From NCBI GenBank assembly GCA_965203035.1, contig OZ241858.1, positions 3,091,063-3,155,062 on the forward strand: a stretch of 64,000 nt of DNA, written 5' to 3'. Source of the DNA: Candidatus Spongiisocius sp. Its GTDB lineage: Bacteria; Actinomycetota; Acidimicrobiia; Spongiisociales; Spongiisociaceae. Position numbers and translations under genes: made by a program. The notes beneath the pieces are model-generated. The model had not been told where the DNA came from. It saw only the letters and a program-made list of their open reading frames with translations, and did no database searches. Shown in pieces: positions 17,981 to 28,149 of the stretch (within the stretch, counting starts at the first letter, position 1; each line of letters begins with the position of its first letter).

Positions 17981-19483
17981 ATGGCGCCGGTCGAGGGGGC
18001 GTTCCCGCCGAAGACCTTCGGTGTTGTCGGTACCGGCGTGATCGGCTCCGGCTGGGCCGTCAGGGCCCTGAGCCGGGGAATCGACGTGGTGGCCTGGGAC
18101 CCGGCGCCCGGCGCCGAGGACCGGCTGCGGCAGGCCATCAACCGGGCCTGGCCCTCGGTGCGGAGGCTGGGCCTGTACCCGGGCGCCGAGCCCGACCGGA
18201 TCCGGTTCGCCGGCACTCCGGAGGAGGTGTGCCGCGCCGCCGACTTCATCCAGGAGTCGGCGCCCGAGGACGAGGATCTCAAACGCAAGCTCCTTGCCCG
18301 CCTGGACGCAGCCGCCCGGCCCGATACGATCATCGCCTCCAGTTCCTCCGGGCTGGTCCCCACCCGGATCGCCTCCGACTGCGCCCGCCCCGACCGCGTG
18401 GTGGTCGGCCATCCCTTCAACCCCGTCTACCTGCTCCCGCTATGCGAGGTGGTGGGTGGCGCCGAGACCTCTGCCGCCACCGTGGAGAGGGCGGCCGCGG
18501 TCTACGACTTCCTGGACATGTACCCGCTGGTCGTCCGCCATGAAGTCCCCGGCTACCTGTCCGACCGCCTCCAGGAGGCCCTCTGGCGGGAGACGCTCCA
18601 CCTCGTCAACGACGGCGTCGCCACCACCGCGGAACTCGACGACGCCATCGTCTACGGGCCCGGCCTGCGCTGGGCCGGGATGGGCACCAACCTCACCTTC
18701 CACCTCGCCGGCGGGAGGGAGGGAATGCGGCACATGCTGGAGCAGTTCGGTCCTGCCCTCGAACTCCCCTGGAGCAAGCTGGAGGCGCCCGAGCTCACCG
18801 CCCGTCTCATCGATTCCATGGTGGACGGAACCCGCCGGCAGGCCGGAGGGAGAAGCGTCGAAGAACTGGAGCGGTTGCGGGACGACTACCTCATCGCCAC
18901 CATGCGAGCGCTGCGTTCGGTGGGGCTGGGCGCCGGCGAGATCCTGGCCAGGCGGGAGGCTCGTCGCTACGGCGAGTCGTCCCGGACCTGGTCCGAGGGC
19001 ACCGAGGTCGCGGCGCCGCTGGAACTGTACCGTTGCGACGTGGAACCCGACTGGGTGGACTACAACCGGCACATGACCGAAGCCGCCTACCTCACAGCCT
19101 TCGGCTGGGCGACCGATGCGCTGTTCCGGTACATCGGCGACGACGAGGAATACCGGGCCGCGGGCCACTCCTTCTACACCGTGGAGACCCATGTCAACTA
19201 CCTGAGGGAGGTGGCGGGCGACGACTCCCTACGGTTCACGACCCTGGTCGTCGGCCTTGACACCAAGCGGCTCCACATCTATCACGAGATGTATGACGAG
19301 ATTACCGGAGACCTGGTGGCGACTACGGAGCAGATGCTGTTGCACATGGACACCGCGGCGGGCCGCCCCGCCCCGATCTACGGGCGACCCGCCCGGGCGC
19401 TGGGAGCCATCCGCCAAGCCCAAGCCGGCCTGGACAAGCCCCGGTACCTGGGCCGGGTGATGAAGACCAGGGAAACAAGCTGA
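17981..19483 (+). CDS. L-carnitine dehydrogenase (3-hydroxyacyl-CoA dehydrogenase-like NAD domain) fused to C-terminal hotdog thioesterase domain
   Basis: The N-terminal Rossmann motif GVVGTGVIGSGWA is followed by a 3HCDH-like domain. The C-terminal ~140 aa carries the hotdog signature VDYNRHMTEAAYL. The ~500 aa fusion architecture is known for carnitine dehydrogenases. Confidence 0.7.
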   Translation: MAPVEGAFPPKTFGVVGTGVIGSGWAVRALSRGIDVVAWDPAPGAEDRLRQAINRAWPSVRRLGLYPGAEPDRIRFAGTPEEVCRAADFIQESAPEDEDLKRKLLARLDAAARPDTIIASSSSGLVPTRIASDCARPDRVVVGHPFNPVYLLPLCEVVGGAETSAATVERAAAVYDFLDMYPLVVRHEVPGYLSDRLQEALWRETLHLVNDGVATTAELDDAIVYGPGLRWAGMGTNLTFHLAGGREGMRHMLEQFGPALELPWSKLEAPELTARLIDSMVDGTRRQAGGRSVEELERLRDDYLIATMRALRSVGLGAGEILARREARRYGESSRTWSEGTEVAAPLELYRCDVEPDWVDYNRHMTEAAYLTAFGWATDALFRYIGDDEEYRAAGHSFYTVETHVNYLREVAGDDSLRFTTLVVGLDTKRLHIYHEMYDEITGDLVATTEQMLLHMDTAAGRPAPIYGRPARALGAIRQAQAGLDKPRYLGRVMKTRETS

Positions 19484-20643
19484 TGGACTTCGACCTCACC
19501 GCCGAGCAACGTCTCATAATCGAGGTCGCCCGCGACTTCACCGAGAAGGAACTATTCCCCTACGAGGAGGAGGTGGAGCGCTCCGGCCGGGTCCGCCCGG
19601 AACTGGTCGACCGGATCAGGTCGCGCTCCATCGCCGCCGGCATCTACGCCGCCAACATGCCGGACGAGTACGGAGGGGCGGGACTGGACCCGCTCACGCT
19701 GGCGCTGGTCGAGCGGGAACTCGGGGCCGCCTCCTACGCCCTCCAGTACATCGTGGCCCGGCCTTCCAACATCCTGCAGGCCTGCCGGGGTGAGCAGATC
19801 GACCGGTACCTCCTCCCCACGGTTCGGGGAGACCGGGTGGAATGCCTGGCGATGAGCGAGCCCGACGCCGGCTCCGATCTGAGAGGCATGCGTTGCGCGG
19901 CAGTACAGGACGGCGACAGCTATCTCATCAACGGCACCAAGCACTTCATCAGCCATGCCGATCTAGCCGACTACGTCATCCTGTTCGCCGCCACCGGGGA
20001 GGAACCCGGCCCTCGAGGCCCCAGGAAGCTGATCACCGCCTTCCTGGTCGACATGGGAACTCCCGGATTCGAGGTCCGGCCCGGATACCGGGCGGTCTCC
20101 AACCGCGGCTACCACAACTTCGTCCTCCAGTTCGATGACTGCCGCGTGCCCACATCCGCCATCCTCGGTGAGGAGCACCAGGGCTTCCTGGTAGCCAACG
20201 AGTGGCTGGGATCGACCCGCCTCCAGGTCGCGGCGGTCTGTCTGGGAAGAGCCCGGCGCGCCATCGACCTGGCCACCAGATGGGCCGCGGAGCGCACCCA
20301 GTTCGGCCGCCAGATCGGCAAGTTCCAGGGGGTGTCGTTCAAGCTGGCCGACATGCGGACCCGCTACGAGGCCGCCGAGCTGCTCACACTGCGGGCGGCC
20401 TGGAAGGACGGTCAGGGCACGATGACCGACTCGGATGCGGCCATGGCCAAGCTGAATGCCAGCGAGATGTGCCAGTTCGTGACGGATGAGGCCATCCAGA
20501 TCTTCGGAGGCATGGGCCTGATGGACGAGCTGCCGCTGGAACGACTGTGGCGGGACACCCGGGTGGACCGCATCTGGGACGGCACCTCCGAGATCCAGCG
20601 CCACATCATCTCCCGGGCCATGCTCCGACCCCTCGGCGGGTAA
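19483..20643 (+). CDS. Acyl-CoA dehydrogenase
   Basis: 386 aa with typical ACAD N-terminal, middle and C-terminal domains (EPDAGSDL ... GGMGLMDELP). Confidence 0.85.
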   Translation: MDFDLTAEQRLIIEVARDFTEKELFPYEEEVERSGRVRPELVDRIRSRSIAAGIYAANMPDEYGGAGLDPLTLALVERELGAASYALQYIVARPSNILQACRGEQIDRYLLPTVRGDRVECLAMSEPDAGSDLRGMRCAAVQDGDSYLINGTKHFISHADLADYVILFAATGEEPGPRGPRKLITAFLVDMGTPGFEVRPGYRAVSNRGYHNFVLQFDDCRVPTSAILGEEHQGFLVANEWLGSTRLQVAAVCLGRARRAIDLATRWAAERTQFGRQIGKFQGVSFKLADMRTRYEAAELLTLRAAWKDGQGTMTDSDAAMAKLNASEMCQFVTDEAIQIFGGMGLMDELPLERLWRDTRVDRIWDGTSEIQRHIISRAMLRPLGG

Positions 20644-20649
20644 CCCGAC

Positions 20650-22704
20650 GTGCCGGTTCGGGACCTGGGCCGCCTCCTGCGTCCCCGGACGGTGGCCGTG
20701 GTCGGGGGCGACCCGGCCGAACGAGCCATCCGCCAGTCGGATCGGCTCGGTTTCGAGGGCGATATCTGGCCGGTCCACCCCACCCGATCGCACATGGCCG
20801 GACGCCGGGTCCATCCGTCGCTCGACGACCTGCCGGGAGTGCCGGACGCCGCCTTCGTGGCCGTGAACCGCCGGCTCACGATCGAGGTGGTCCGGCAGCT
20901 GGCGGAGATGGGTTGCGGCGGGGCGGTGCTCTACGCCTCGGGATTCGCCGAGGCCGGCGAGGAAGGCGCCGAGCTCCAGGAACGGCTGGTGAGCGGGCAC
21001 CGGATGCCGCTGATCGGACCCAACTGCTACGGGACCATCAACGCGGTGGTGGGCGCCGCCCTCTGGCCCGATGTCCAGGGCTGCCGGCGCGTGCGGAGCG
21101 GGCCGGCCCTGATCAGCCAATCGGGGAACATCTCCCTCAACCTCACCATGAACCGGCGGGGGATCGACTTCAGCTACGTGATCTCGCTGGGCAACCAGGC
21201 ATCGGTGACCACCGAGGACTGTTTGGCGCATTTCGCGGCCCTCCCCGAGGTGACCGCGGTCGGCATCCACGCCGAGTCGATCGTCGATCCGGTCGCGTTC
21301 GGGCGGGCGGCCCTCGCCTGCCGGGACACCCGAACACCGGTGGTGGTGCTCAAGACCGGAAGATCGAAGGAAGCCGAGCGCATCACCTCGTCGCACACCG
21401 CGGCGCTGGCCGCCCCGGCCGCCGCCTACGATGCCCTGTTCGAGCGCTACGGAGTGGCTACGGCGGAGTCCGTACCGGCCTTCATGACCACGCTGGGATT
21501 GCTGGACACGATCGGCCCGATCCCCGGGAACCGGCTGGTCTCCCTCTCGTGCTCCGGAGGGGAAGCGGCCCTGGTGGCCGACCGGTCGGTCCATTATCCG
21601 GTGGCGTTCCCCGCCTTCGGCCCGGAGCACCGGGACCGGATCGTGGCCACCTTGCCCCCACTCGTGACCATCACCAACCCGCTCGACTACCACACCTTCA
21701 TCTGGGGTGACGAGCCCGCCCTGGAGCGGTGCTTCACCGAGGCGATGGCCGGACCGGTGGACGCCGCCATGCTGGTCATCGATTGGCCATCGGAGGGCAA
21801 CGACGACACGGACTGGTGGCCCACCCTGCGGGCTTTCGCCACCGCCGCCGACCGGGCGGGCCAGGCCGGCGTGATCGTGTCGGGGCTTCCTGAGAGCCTT
21901 CCCGGCCCGGTCCGGGACTTCGCAACGGAGCGGGGTCTCGGCGTGGCCTGGTCGATCGACGAAGCCCTCGCCGGATTGGCGGCGGCGGCTTCGAGGGGCC
22001 GGTGGCTCGAGGATCCGCGCCCGTCCCTCCACCTTCCCGCCGGGACCTGGACCGGTCCTGCCGTGACCCTGGACGAGCCGGCCGCCAAGTCGATCCTCTC
22101 GAGGGCGGGAATACCGGTTCCCGACGGCGTCGTCGTGGACCGCTGCGGGGGAGTCCCGGCCCGGTTGCCGCGTCACCTGTTCTTCCCCCTGGTGGCGAAG
22201 GCCGTCGGCCCCGTCCACAAGTCACGGACCGGTGGGGTGATCACCGGTATAGGTGACGTGGAGGAACTCGGCGCAGCGATCGAGCGGCTGGGACGTGGTA
22301 GCCGCCAGGTGCTGGTCGAGGAACAGGTGACGGGAGCGGTTGCCGAGATGTTGGTGTCGGTGAGCCGGATACCGCCGATCGGTCTGGTCGTGACACTCGG
22401 AGCGGGCGGGACCCTGGTGGAGTGGTTGGAGGACACCACCGGCCTGCTGGCTCCCGTAACCCGGCCCGAGTTGCGACGAGCGCTGCGCCGGCTCCGCATC
22501 GGGCGCATGCTGGAGCACCGGATACCCGGTCTCGTCGCCGACCCCGAACCCATACGGGAGATCATCGACCGGCTGACCGTCCTGCTGGCCCGCCACCCTG
22601 ACATCCTCGAGGTGGAGATCAACCCCCTCATCCTCACCCAGGAGGCACTCTGGGCGGTCGACGCCCTGATCTCCACCAACCCGGGAAACGGCTCCTGCTC
22701 CTAG
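20650..22704 (+). CDS. Acyl-CoA synthetase (NDP-forming), CoA-binding plus ATP-grasp domains
   Basis: GTG start. The 684 aa protein has an N-terminal CoA-binding domain (TVAVVGGDP...LIGPNCYG) and a C-terminal ATP-grasp domain. The 751-aa ORF on the opposite strand (19963..22218) is a shadow frame. Confidence 0.7.
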   Translation: MPVRDLGRLLRPRTVAVVGGDPAERAIRQSDRLGFEGDIWPVHPTRSHMAGRRVHPSLDDLPGVPDAAFVAVNRRLTIEVVRQLAEMGCGGAVLYASGFAEAGEEGAELQERLVSGHRMPLIGPNCYGTINAVVGAALWPDVQGCRRVRSGPALISQSGNISLNLTMNRRGIDFSYVISLGNQASVTTEDCLAHFAALPEVTAVGIHAESIVDPVAFGRAALACRDTRTPVVVLKTGRSKEAERITSSHTAALAAPAAAYDALFERYGVATAESVPAFMTTLGLLDTIGPIPGNRLVSLSCSGGEAALVADRSVHYPVAFPAFGPEHRDRIVATLPPLVTITNPLDYHTFIWGDEPALERCFTEAMAGPVDAAMLVIDWPSEGNDDTDWWPTLRAFATAADRAGQAGVIVSGLPESLPGPVRDFATERGLGVAWSIDEALAGLAAAASRGRWLEDPRPSLHLPAGTWTGPAVTLDEPAAKSILSRAGIPVPDGVVVDRCGGVPARLPRHLFFPLVAKAVGPVHKSRTGGVITGIGDVEELGAAIERLGRGSRQVLVEEQVTGAVAEMLVSVSRIPPIGLVVTLGAGGTLVEWLEDTTGLLAPVTRPELRRALRRLRIGRMLEHRIPGLVADPEPIREIIDRLTVLLARHPDILEVEINPLILTQEALWAVDALISTNPGNGSCS

Positions 22705-22999
22705 CCCTCTCTCGCCGGAAGAACGCGAAAATCGCGCCGACGGGCTCCACCCGCTGGGCCCTCCCCCACCGCCACCACCTTGGTTTCGGGCGCGTCCTCC
22801 CTACCCCTTGGCGGGGTTGCCCGACGATATGTTCCCTCCCGCGGTGCGGTCGACTTCGAACCGCTGGTGGTTATGGTATCCAACACCATATAGCGGAGGT
22901 ATGACACATACAACCCTTTTCGGACGCACCGGGAACGTGTCGTGCAAGGATCGCGAATCGTCCCACGCGCCGCGCCGGAGAGCTCGGGTGGTTTCTTGG

Positions 23000-23881
23000 T
23001 CAGCCTTCCTCGTCCTGGGCGGCGAAGATGGACTCGTACCCGCCCGACCAGTCCGGCGGGATCAGGCACGGCCGGGGATCGTGGTGGGCCCACCGGGCGG
23101 GCTGCCCGCGAATCACCTTGCCGGTGTTGCGGGTCGGCTGTGGATGGGCCGTGTAGGGGAACGCATCCGCGGAGGCATAGGCGTTGAGCAGCAGGGGCCG
23201 GCCGCTAGGCCTGGCGGTGGGCGGCGAGCCGTGAACCGTGCGGCAGTTGTGGGCCGTGATCGAGCCGGCCGGTCCGGTTAGGTATTCGACGCCTCCGACA
23301 TCGAGGGTCGCAGCGTCTTCGGCGGACAGGCACCCGACCCAGCTGCCCTCCTCGTCGTACTGGTCGTACAGGGGGCCGTCGTGGCTCCCCGGCAGCACCA
23401 TCAGGGGACCATCGTCCATGCCCGTGTCGGCCAGGTAAGTACCGATCGTCAACGGGCTGTAGTTGGTGTGCGGATAGAACTGGATGTCCTGATGCCACTT
23501 GACATCGTCCGAGCCGGCATCCCATTTGAAGTTGAGCTTGGAATGGTGGAACACCACGTCCGGCCCGACCAGGTCGGCGGCGACATCGGCGATAAGTTCG
23601 GTGGCAAACTCCCAGTAGGTCTCATGCAGGCGATCGGGCATCTTGAGACGCCGGATCTTCGGTGAGTCCGGACCGTGATCATCGGCCACGTCATAGTCCT
23701 CACCCGACTTGCTTACCGATCGGCTCCGCTCCACGAAGAACCCCGTTACCTCGTTGAGCTGATCGATCCAGTCTTGGGGAATCAGCGACTCGGCGCTGAC
23801 ATACCCTCGCTCGAAGTACGACTCCCGCTGGTCCTGGGTCAGCACTCGGGGCGGTTCGGCAAGAATCTGTTCCGGCGTCAT
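23000..23881 (-). CDS. Phytanoyl-CoA dioxygenase (PhyH) family Fe(II)/2-oxoglutarate oxygenase
   Basis: 293 aa, with the motifs WHQDIQFYPH and GSHDGPLYD. Confidence 0.7.
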   Translation of the reverse strand: MTPEQILAEPPRVLTQDQRESYFERGYVSAESLIPQDWIDQLNEVTGFFVERSRSVSKSGEDYDVADDHGPDSPKIRRLKMPDRLHETYWEFATELIADVAADLVGPDVVFHHSKLNFKWDAGSDDVKWHQDIQFYPHTNYSPLTIGTYLADTGMDDGPLMVLPGSHDGPLYDQYDEEGSWVGCLSAEDAATLDVGGVEYLTGPAGSITAHNCRTVHGSPPTARPSGRPLLLNAYASADAFPYTAHPQPTRNTGKVIRGQPARWAHHDPRPCLIPPDWSGGYESIFAAQDEEG

Positions 23882-24041
23882 ATCAGAATCCTCGAGAAGG
23901 TGCTCGCACGAAGGCGAGTATAGGCATTGGGGCTGGTGCAGGAACTGCCATCTGCGAAAACAGTCCGTGTCTCTCCCCTATCGGCGGCTTGGAAAGGATG
24001 GCCGTCGAGCGCGGCGTTCCAGGGGCCAATACACTCCGATC

Positions 24042-24827
24042 ATGGTGAAAGAAGCAATCCGCGCCGTCCGGCGGGGATCGATACTCGAAGTGACCCTCGA
24101 CCGGCCCAAAGCCAACGCCATCGACGCGGTGACCAGTCGCGAACTGGGAACCGTCTTTGCCGCCTTCCGGGACGATCCCGATCTCCGGGCGGCCATCTTC
24201 ACGGGCGCCGGGGAACGGTTCTTCTCCGCGGGGTGGGATCTGGCCGCCGGCGCCGAGGGCGAGGCCTACGACAGCGATTTCGGCCCGGGCGGGTTCGGCG
24301 GGTTTCCCGAGCTTCCCGGCCTCGACAAGCCGGTCATCGCCGCGGTCAACGGAATGGCGGTCGGAGGCGGCTTCGAGTTGGTGATGTCGGCCGACATGGT
24401 GGTGGCCGCCGAACACGCAGTCTTCTTCCTACCCGAGGCCTCGATCGGGCTGATCCCTGACGTCGGGTCCATCCGGCTTCCCAGACTGCTACCGGCCCCG
24501 GTGGCCAACGAAGTGCTACTGGCGGGGCGGCGGTTGACCGCGGAGGAGGCCCATCGGTTCGGCCTGGTCAACAAGGTGGTGCCCGGAACGGAGCTCATGG
24601 ACGCGACGCGCGACCTGGCCGGCCGCATCACCGCCAACGCCCCGCTGGCCGTGGCCGCCATTCTCGACATCGGCCGGCGGACCGGGAACCTACCGGTTGC
24701 CGGCGCGCTCCACACCCTGCGATCCGGGGCGGTCGGCGCCTACGGGAAGATGTTGGAGTCGGAGGACGCCCGGGAGGGCATCCGGGCATTCGCGGAGAAG
24801 CGCGACCCGGTCTGGAAAGGTCGGTGA
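24042..24827 (+). CDS. Enoyl-CoA hydratase/isomerase (crotonase) family, carnitinyl-CoA dehydratase-like
   Basis: Crotonase fold with FFSAGWDL and GMAVGGGFEL. The start is taken at ATG 24042 (MVKEAIRAVRRG), and the upstream track extension is Arg-rich. Confidence 0.8.
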   Translation: MVKEAIRAVRRGSILEVTLDRPKANAIDAVTSRELGTVFAAFRDDPDLRAAIFTGAGERFFSAGWDLAAGAEGEAYDSDFGPGGFGGFPELPGLDKPVIAAVNGMAVGGGFELVMSADMVVAAEHAVFFLPEASIGLIPDVGSIRLPRLLPAPVANEVLLAGRRLTAEEAHRFGLVNKVVPGTELMDATRDLAGRITANAPLAVAAILDIGRRTGNLPVAGALHTLRSGAVGAYGKMLESEDAREGIRAFAEKRDPVWKGR

Positions 24828-25029
24828 TGGCCGCCGGAGCACGCCGAGTCATCCGGCGGACACCGGTAGCCACCACCCGGTCGCGGCCTGGATAGACCTG
24901 CCCTTTCGCTACAATGCAGGCGGCTGCGGGAGGTTCCTCCCGGCACCGTCCCGGCCGGCCGATGGTGGTCCTTGATCCCCGCGGTGGCGTCACTTCTTAC
25001 CCGAACCCGAGCCTTCACGAGGTGCATCC

Positions 25030-26337
25030 ATGAGTTCGTCGGTCATGTCCGGCTCCGCTCCGCGACCCGATGGCACCGCCAGGACCATCCTCGGCTCGCG
25101 CGGCCTGCTCCTGGCCGTTCTCTTCGTGATGCTGGGGAACGGGATTATGAACCCGTTGCTCGGCATCAGAGCCGAGCTGGAGGGCTTCTCGACCACCGTC
25201 ACCGGCACGATCCTTGCGTTCTACTACGTGGGGTTCCTGGCGGGTGCGTGGATAACACGGCGCCTGGTGATGGGCGTCGGCCACATCCGCGTGTACGCCG
25301 CGCTGGCGTCGCTGGCATCGACCTCAACCCTCATCTACATCCTCAACGCCTCCCCGGCCGTCTGGTCCCTGGCGCGGCTGATCAACGGATTTGCGATGAG
25401 CGGTCTGTTCATCGTGGGAGAGAGCTGGCTCAACGAGGCCGCCACCAACCGGACCCGCGGGCGGATGCTCGCCATCTACATGGTGGTGCTGATGGGAGGG
25501 TTGGCGGCGGGCCAGATGCTGATCGTCCTGGGTGATCCGTCCGGGATTGCCCTGTTCATCGCGGCCTCGATACTGGTGTCGGTGGCGGTGATCCCGATCA
25601 CGCTGTCGACCTCTCCAGCTCCCAGGCCGGTGCTTCCCGGCAAGCTCCCGATCGCTCAGGTGTGGCACGCCGCACCCCTGGGGATCTTTGCCTCCTTCAG
25701 CCAGGGAGTCGGAGTGGCGGCGTTGCTGACGCTGGGCGCCGTCTACGGTGCGAGATCGGGTATGAGCGTGGACCGGATCGCCTTGTTCACCTCCGCCGCC
25801 GTGGTCGGAAGCGTCGTGCTGCAGCCTGCCATCGGCGTGTTATCCGACCGGATGGGACGGCGGAAGTTGATACTGGGCACGGGCTTCGTGTGCGCGGGCG
25901 CCTGCCTGTTGATGGTCCACGCCAACCCGCTCGGCTGGTGGGCGCTGACGATCTCCTTCCTCGTCGGCGGGTTGGCCCTGAGCATGTACCCGCTGGCGCT
26001 CAGCCATATCAACGACCGGGTTCCGCCCGGGTCGGCCGTCGGCATCAGTACTGTCCTGTCACTTGCCGCTGGAATCGGCTCGATCATCGGTCCGGTCGCC
26101 GGCGCGCAGGTCATGGACGCCGTAGGACCTGCCGGCCTCTACTGGTTCGTCGGGGTCCTGTTCGTGATCACCGCCATGTTCAGCCTCTTCCGGATATTCA
26201 CCCGCGAAGGCGTGCCTGCGGACCGGCGGCGGCCGTTTGTCATCATTCCGGCACGCGCCGGCACGGTGATCGTCCAGATGGCCCGCCGGATACGACAGCC
26301 GGGCGAGAGCGCGGGCCGCCGCAACCGGATGCGGTGA
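25030..26337 (+). CDS. MFS transporter
   Basis: 435 aa with 12 predicted TM segments. Confidence 0.75.
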   Translation: MSSSVMSGSAPRPDGTARTILGSRGLLLAVLFVMLGNGIMNPLLGIRAELEGFSTTVTGTILAFYYVGFLAGAWITRRLVMGVGHIRVYAALASLASTSTLIYILNASPAVWSLARLINGFAMSGLFIVGESWLNEAATNRTRGRMLAIYMVVLMGGLAAGQMLIVLGDPSGIALFIAASILVSVAVIPITLSTSPAPRPVLPGKLPIAQVWHAAPLGIFASFSQGVGVAALLTLGAVYGARSGMSVDRIALFTSAAVVGSVVLQPAIGVLSDRMGRRKLILGTGFVCAGACLLMVHANPLGWWALTISFLVGGLALSMYPLALSHINDRVPPGSAVGISTVLSLAAGIGSIIGPVAGAQVMDAVGPAGLYWFVGVLFVITAMFSLFRIFTREGVPADRRRPFVIIPARAGTVIVQMARRIRQPGESAGRRNRMR

Positions 26338-26361
26338 GCAGCGTGCGCCGTTCTCGGGCGC

Positions 26362-28080
26362 TCACGTCGGTGGCACCCCCAAGTACTCCCCGGCCAGGCG
26401 GTGGTCCTCCATCCCCCCTCGGTCGTAGGTCCACACCGGGTGTGAATCGTCACCGAGTGCGCGGGGGTCGTCGTAGTACCAGATGTGGTTCGGGGGCGAG
26501 ATATCGACATCGAAGACAGCGGAGTCCGGGAACCAGGGGGTGGGATCCGCCGGGCACACCACCCGTTCGGCCAGCACCGGGGACCAGTTGCCCGTGACAA
26601 TCCATTGCCCGCAGAACTCTCGGTAGGACCACCTCCACGTACCGTCAGCGGCGCGGACCAGCAACGTTTCGTGTACCTGCGCTCCTAGCCCGCCTTCCTC
26701 GAAGAACCTGACCAGCGCCTCAGCGCCGCTCGGCGACGCGGTGTAGTCCGGGTCGGTCTCGCGGCGGTACTCCTCCAGCAGGCCGTGCTCCGCGATGACG
26801 GCCTGCCGTAATTCGTCGGTGAACTCCCACGGGGGCCAGCCGGTGCGGTACTCGACCAGGATCCTCGACGCCTGCGGGAACAGTCCGGCCCAGCGCATGC
26901 TCTCGATCTCGATCAGCATGGTGGCCCTACCCTCCTCGCTGTAGAACCGCGAGTAGAACAAGTCGGCGATGTTGTCCTGGAAGACGAACACTCCCTCGAT
27001 GGTGTGGCCGTCTCGAACAGCGGCCATACGATGGGCGGTCGGGCCGGTGAAGGCGTAGTCGAGGGCGGTGCTCACCGCCGCAATGGTGCATGGGTCGGTC
27101 ACTTCTCCGTTTTGCTTCCACAGTTCCTCTACGGGTTGGCAGTCCCGTCCCAACGCCTGCGCGGTGTCGGGGAAGCGGGGCTCAGCGAAGGGTGTGGTGG
27201 GGCGGATCGGCGGACCCGTGGGGAACTCCACCCCCTCCCACTCGCCCGCCCAATACCGGTCTCCTTCGTGATGGAACACCACCACTAGCGCTTCTCCGAG
27301 GGGGAACGTGGCTGTGACCTCCATCTCCGTGGGATAGTCCACCCATGCCAGGTCGTACCGGTGCGGGTAATAGACCCATTGGGTAGCTTCCTGGTGCACT
27401 CGCCGGAACGTGTCTGCCACTTCCCCGAACATTCTGTCCTCCGCGGTGGTGCCTTCGACGATCCCGTGATAGAACAGGTAGTACCGGTAGGTGCCCCACT
27501 CGCGGTCCTCCTCCATCAGGCTGGCGTGGTCGGCGCCCACCTGGTCCGGGTCTACCAGGGCTAGTGCTTCGTCGCCGAGGCCTGGACGCCACCACATGAC
27601 ACCTTCCATACCCGTTGCCTCGGCGTCTTCCACGGCGACCGTGGGCTCGGTGACCTCCTCGGTCACTGTTTCCTCGGTCACTGCCGGTTCGGCGCCGGCC
27701 TCGTCAGTGACCGCCGGCTCGGTGCTTTCCTCGGTATCTGCAGGTTGGGGGTGGTCAGGGTGGCATCCTTCGTCGTGGGCGTGGTATCCGTCGTCGCACG
27801 GCGGGGTGGGCAGCGCGTCAGGTAGTTCACCCTCCTCCGTGTCACTGACAGGTGACGTAGTAGTAGTAGTAGTAGTAGTAGTAACTGCTGTTCCTGTATC
27901 GGGGGGACGGCTGGTGGTGGTAACCAGCGTCGTAACGGAAGTGGTAGTGGGCGGTTCGGCACTCTCTGGAGTGGCGGGCCCGGTACCGCCGCGCAGGAGG
28001 CTGACGAGGATCACGGCCGCTACCCCTCCGATGGCCAAGGCGCCGGTGAGCACCGCGAGTCTCCGCCTTACAGGTATCAT
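26362..28080 (-). CDS. Large membrane-anchored protein of unknown function (N-terminal TM, Thr/Glu-rich linker, ~430-aa Trp-rich extracytoplasmic domain)
   Basis: The start is taken at ATG 28080 (MIPVRRRLAVLTGALAIGGVAAVILVSLL). The linker TTTTTTTTTSPVSD is encoded by a (GTA)9 repeat. I recognise no known domain. GC3 is strongly coding. Confidence 0.6.
   Translation of the reverse strand: MIPVRRRLAVLTGALAIGGVAAVILVSLLRGGTGPATPESAEPPTTTSVTTLVTTTSRPPDTGTAVTTTTTTTTTSPVSDTEEGELPDALPTPPCDDGYHAHDEGCHPDHPQPADTEESTEPAVTDEAGAEPAVTEETVTEEVTEPTVAVEDAEATGMEGVMWWRPGLGDEALALVDPDQVGADHASLMEEDREWGTYRYYLFYHGIVEGTTAEDRMFGEVADTFRRVHQEATQWVYYPHRYDLAWVDYPTEMEVTATFPLGEALVVVFHHEGDRYWAGEWEGVEFPTGPPIRPTTPFAEPRFPDTAQALGRDCQPVEELWKQNGEVTDPCTIAAVSTALDYAFTGPTAHRMAAVRDGHTIEGVFVFQDNIADLFYSRFYSEEGRATMLIEIESMRWAGLFPQASRILVEYRTGWPPWEFTDELRQAVIAEHGLLEEYRRETDPDYTASPSGAEALVRFFEEGGLGAQVHETLLVRAADGTWRWSYREFCGQWIVTGNWSPVLAERVVCPADPTPWFPDSAVFDVDISPPNHIWYYDDPRALGDDSHPVWTYDRGGMEDHRLAGEYLGVPPT
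27857..27883. repeat. (GTA)9 trinucleotide microsatellite, in-frame inside CDS 26362..28080, encoding poly-Thr
   Basis: Nine perfect GTA units on the plus strand correspond to (ACT)9 in the gene's frame. Confidence 0.9.
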
Positions 28081-28149
28081 TCTCGTGTGCTCCCTTCTGC
28101 GTCCACATCGCCCGTTGGACGAGGGCGGCGGACGCTCTGCCAAGTCCGT

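Noticed and set aside
24830-25030. Possible riboswitch or leader in the 200-nt gap before the MFS gene (GC-rich stems, CTACAATGCAGGCGGCTGCGGGAGGTTCCTCCCGG)
   Set aside because: No match to any riboswitch consensus I can recall (ykkC, SAM, TPP or glycine). It is probably just a structured 5' UTR.
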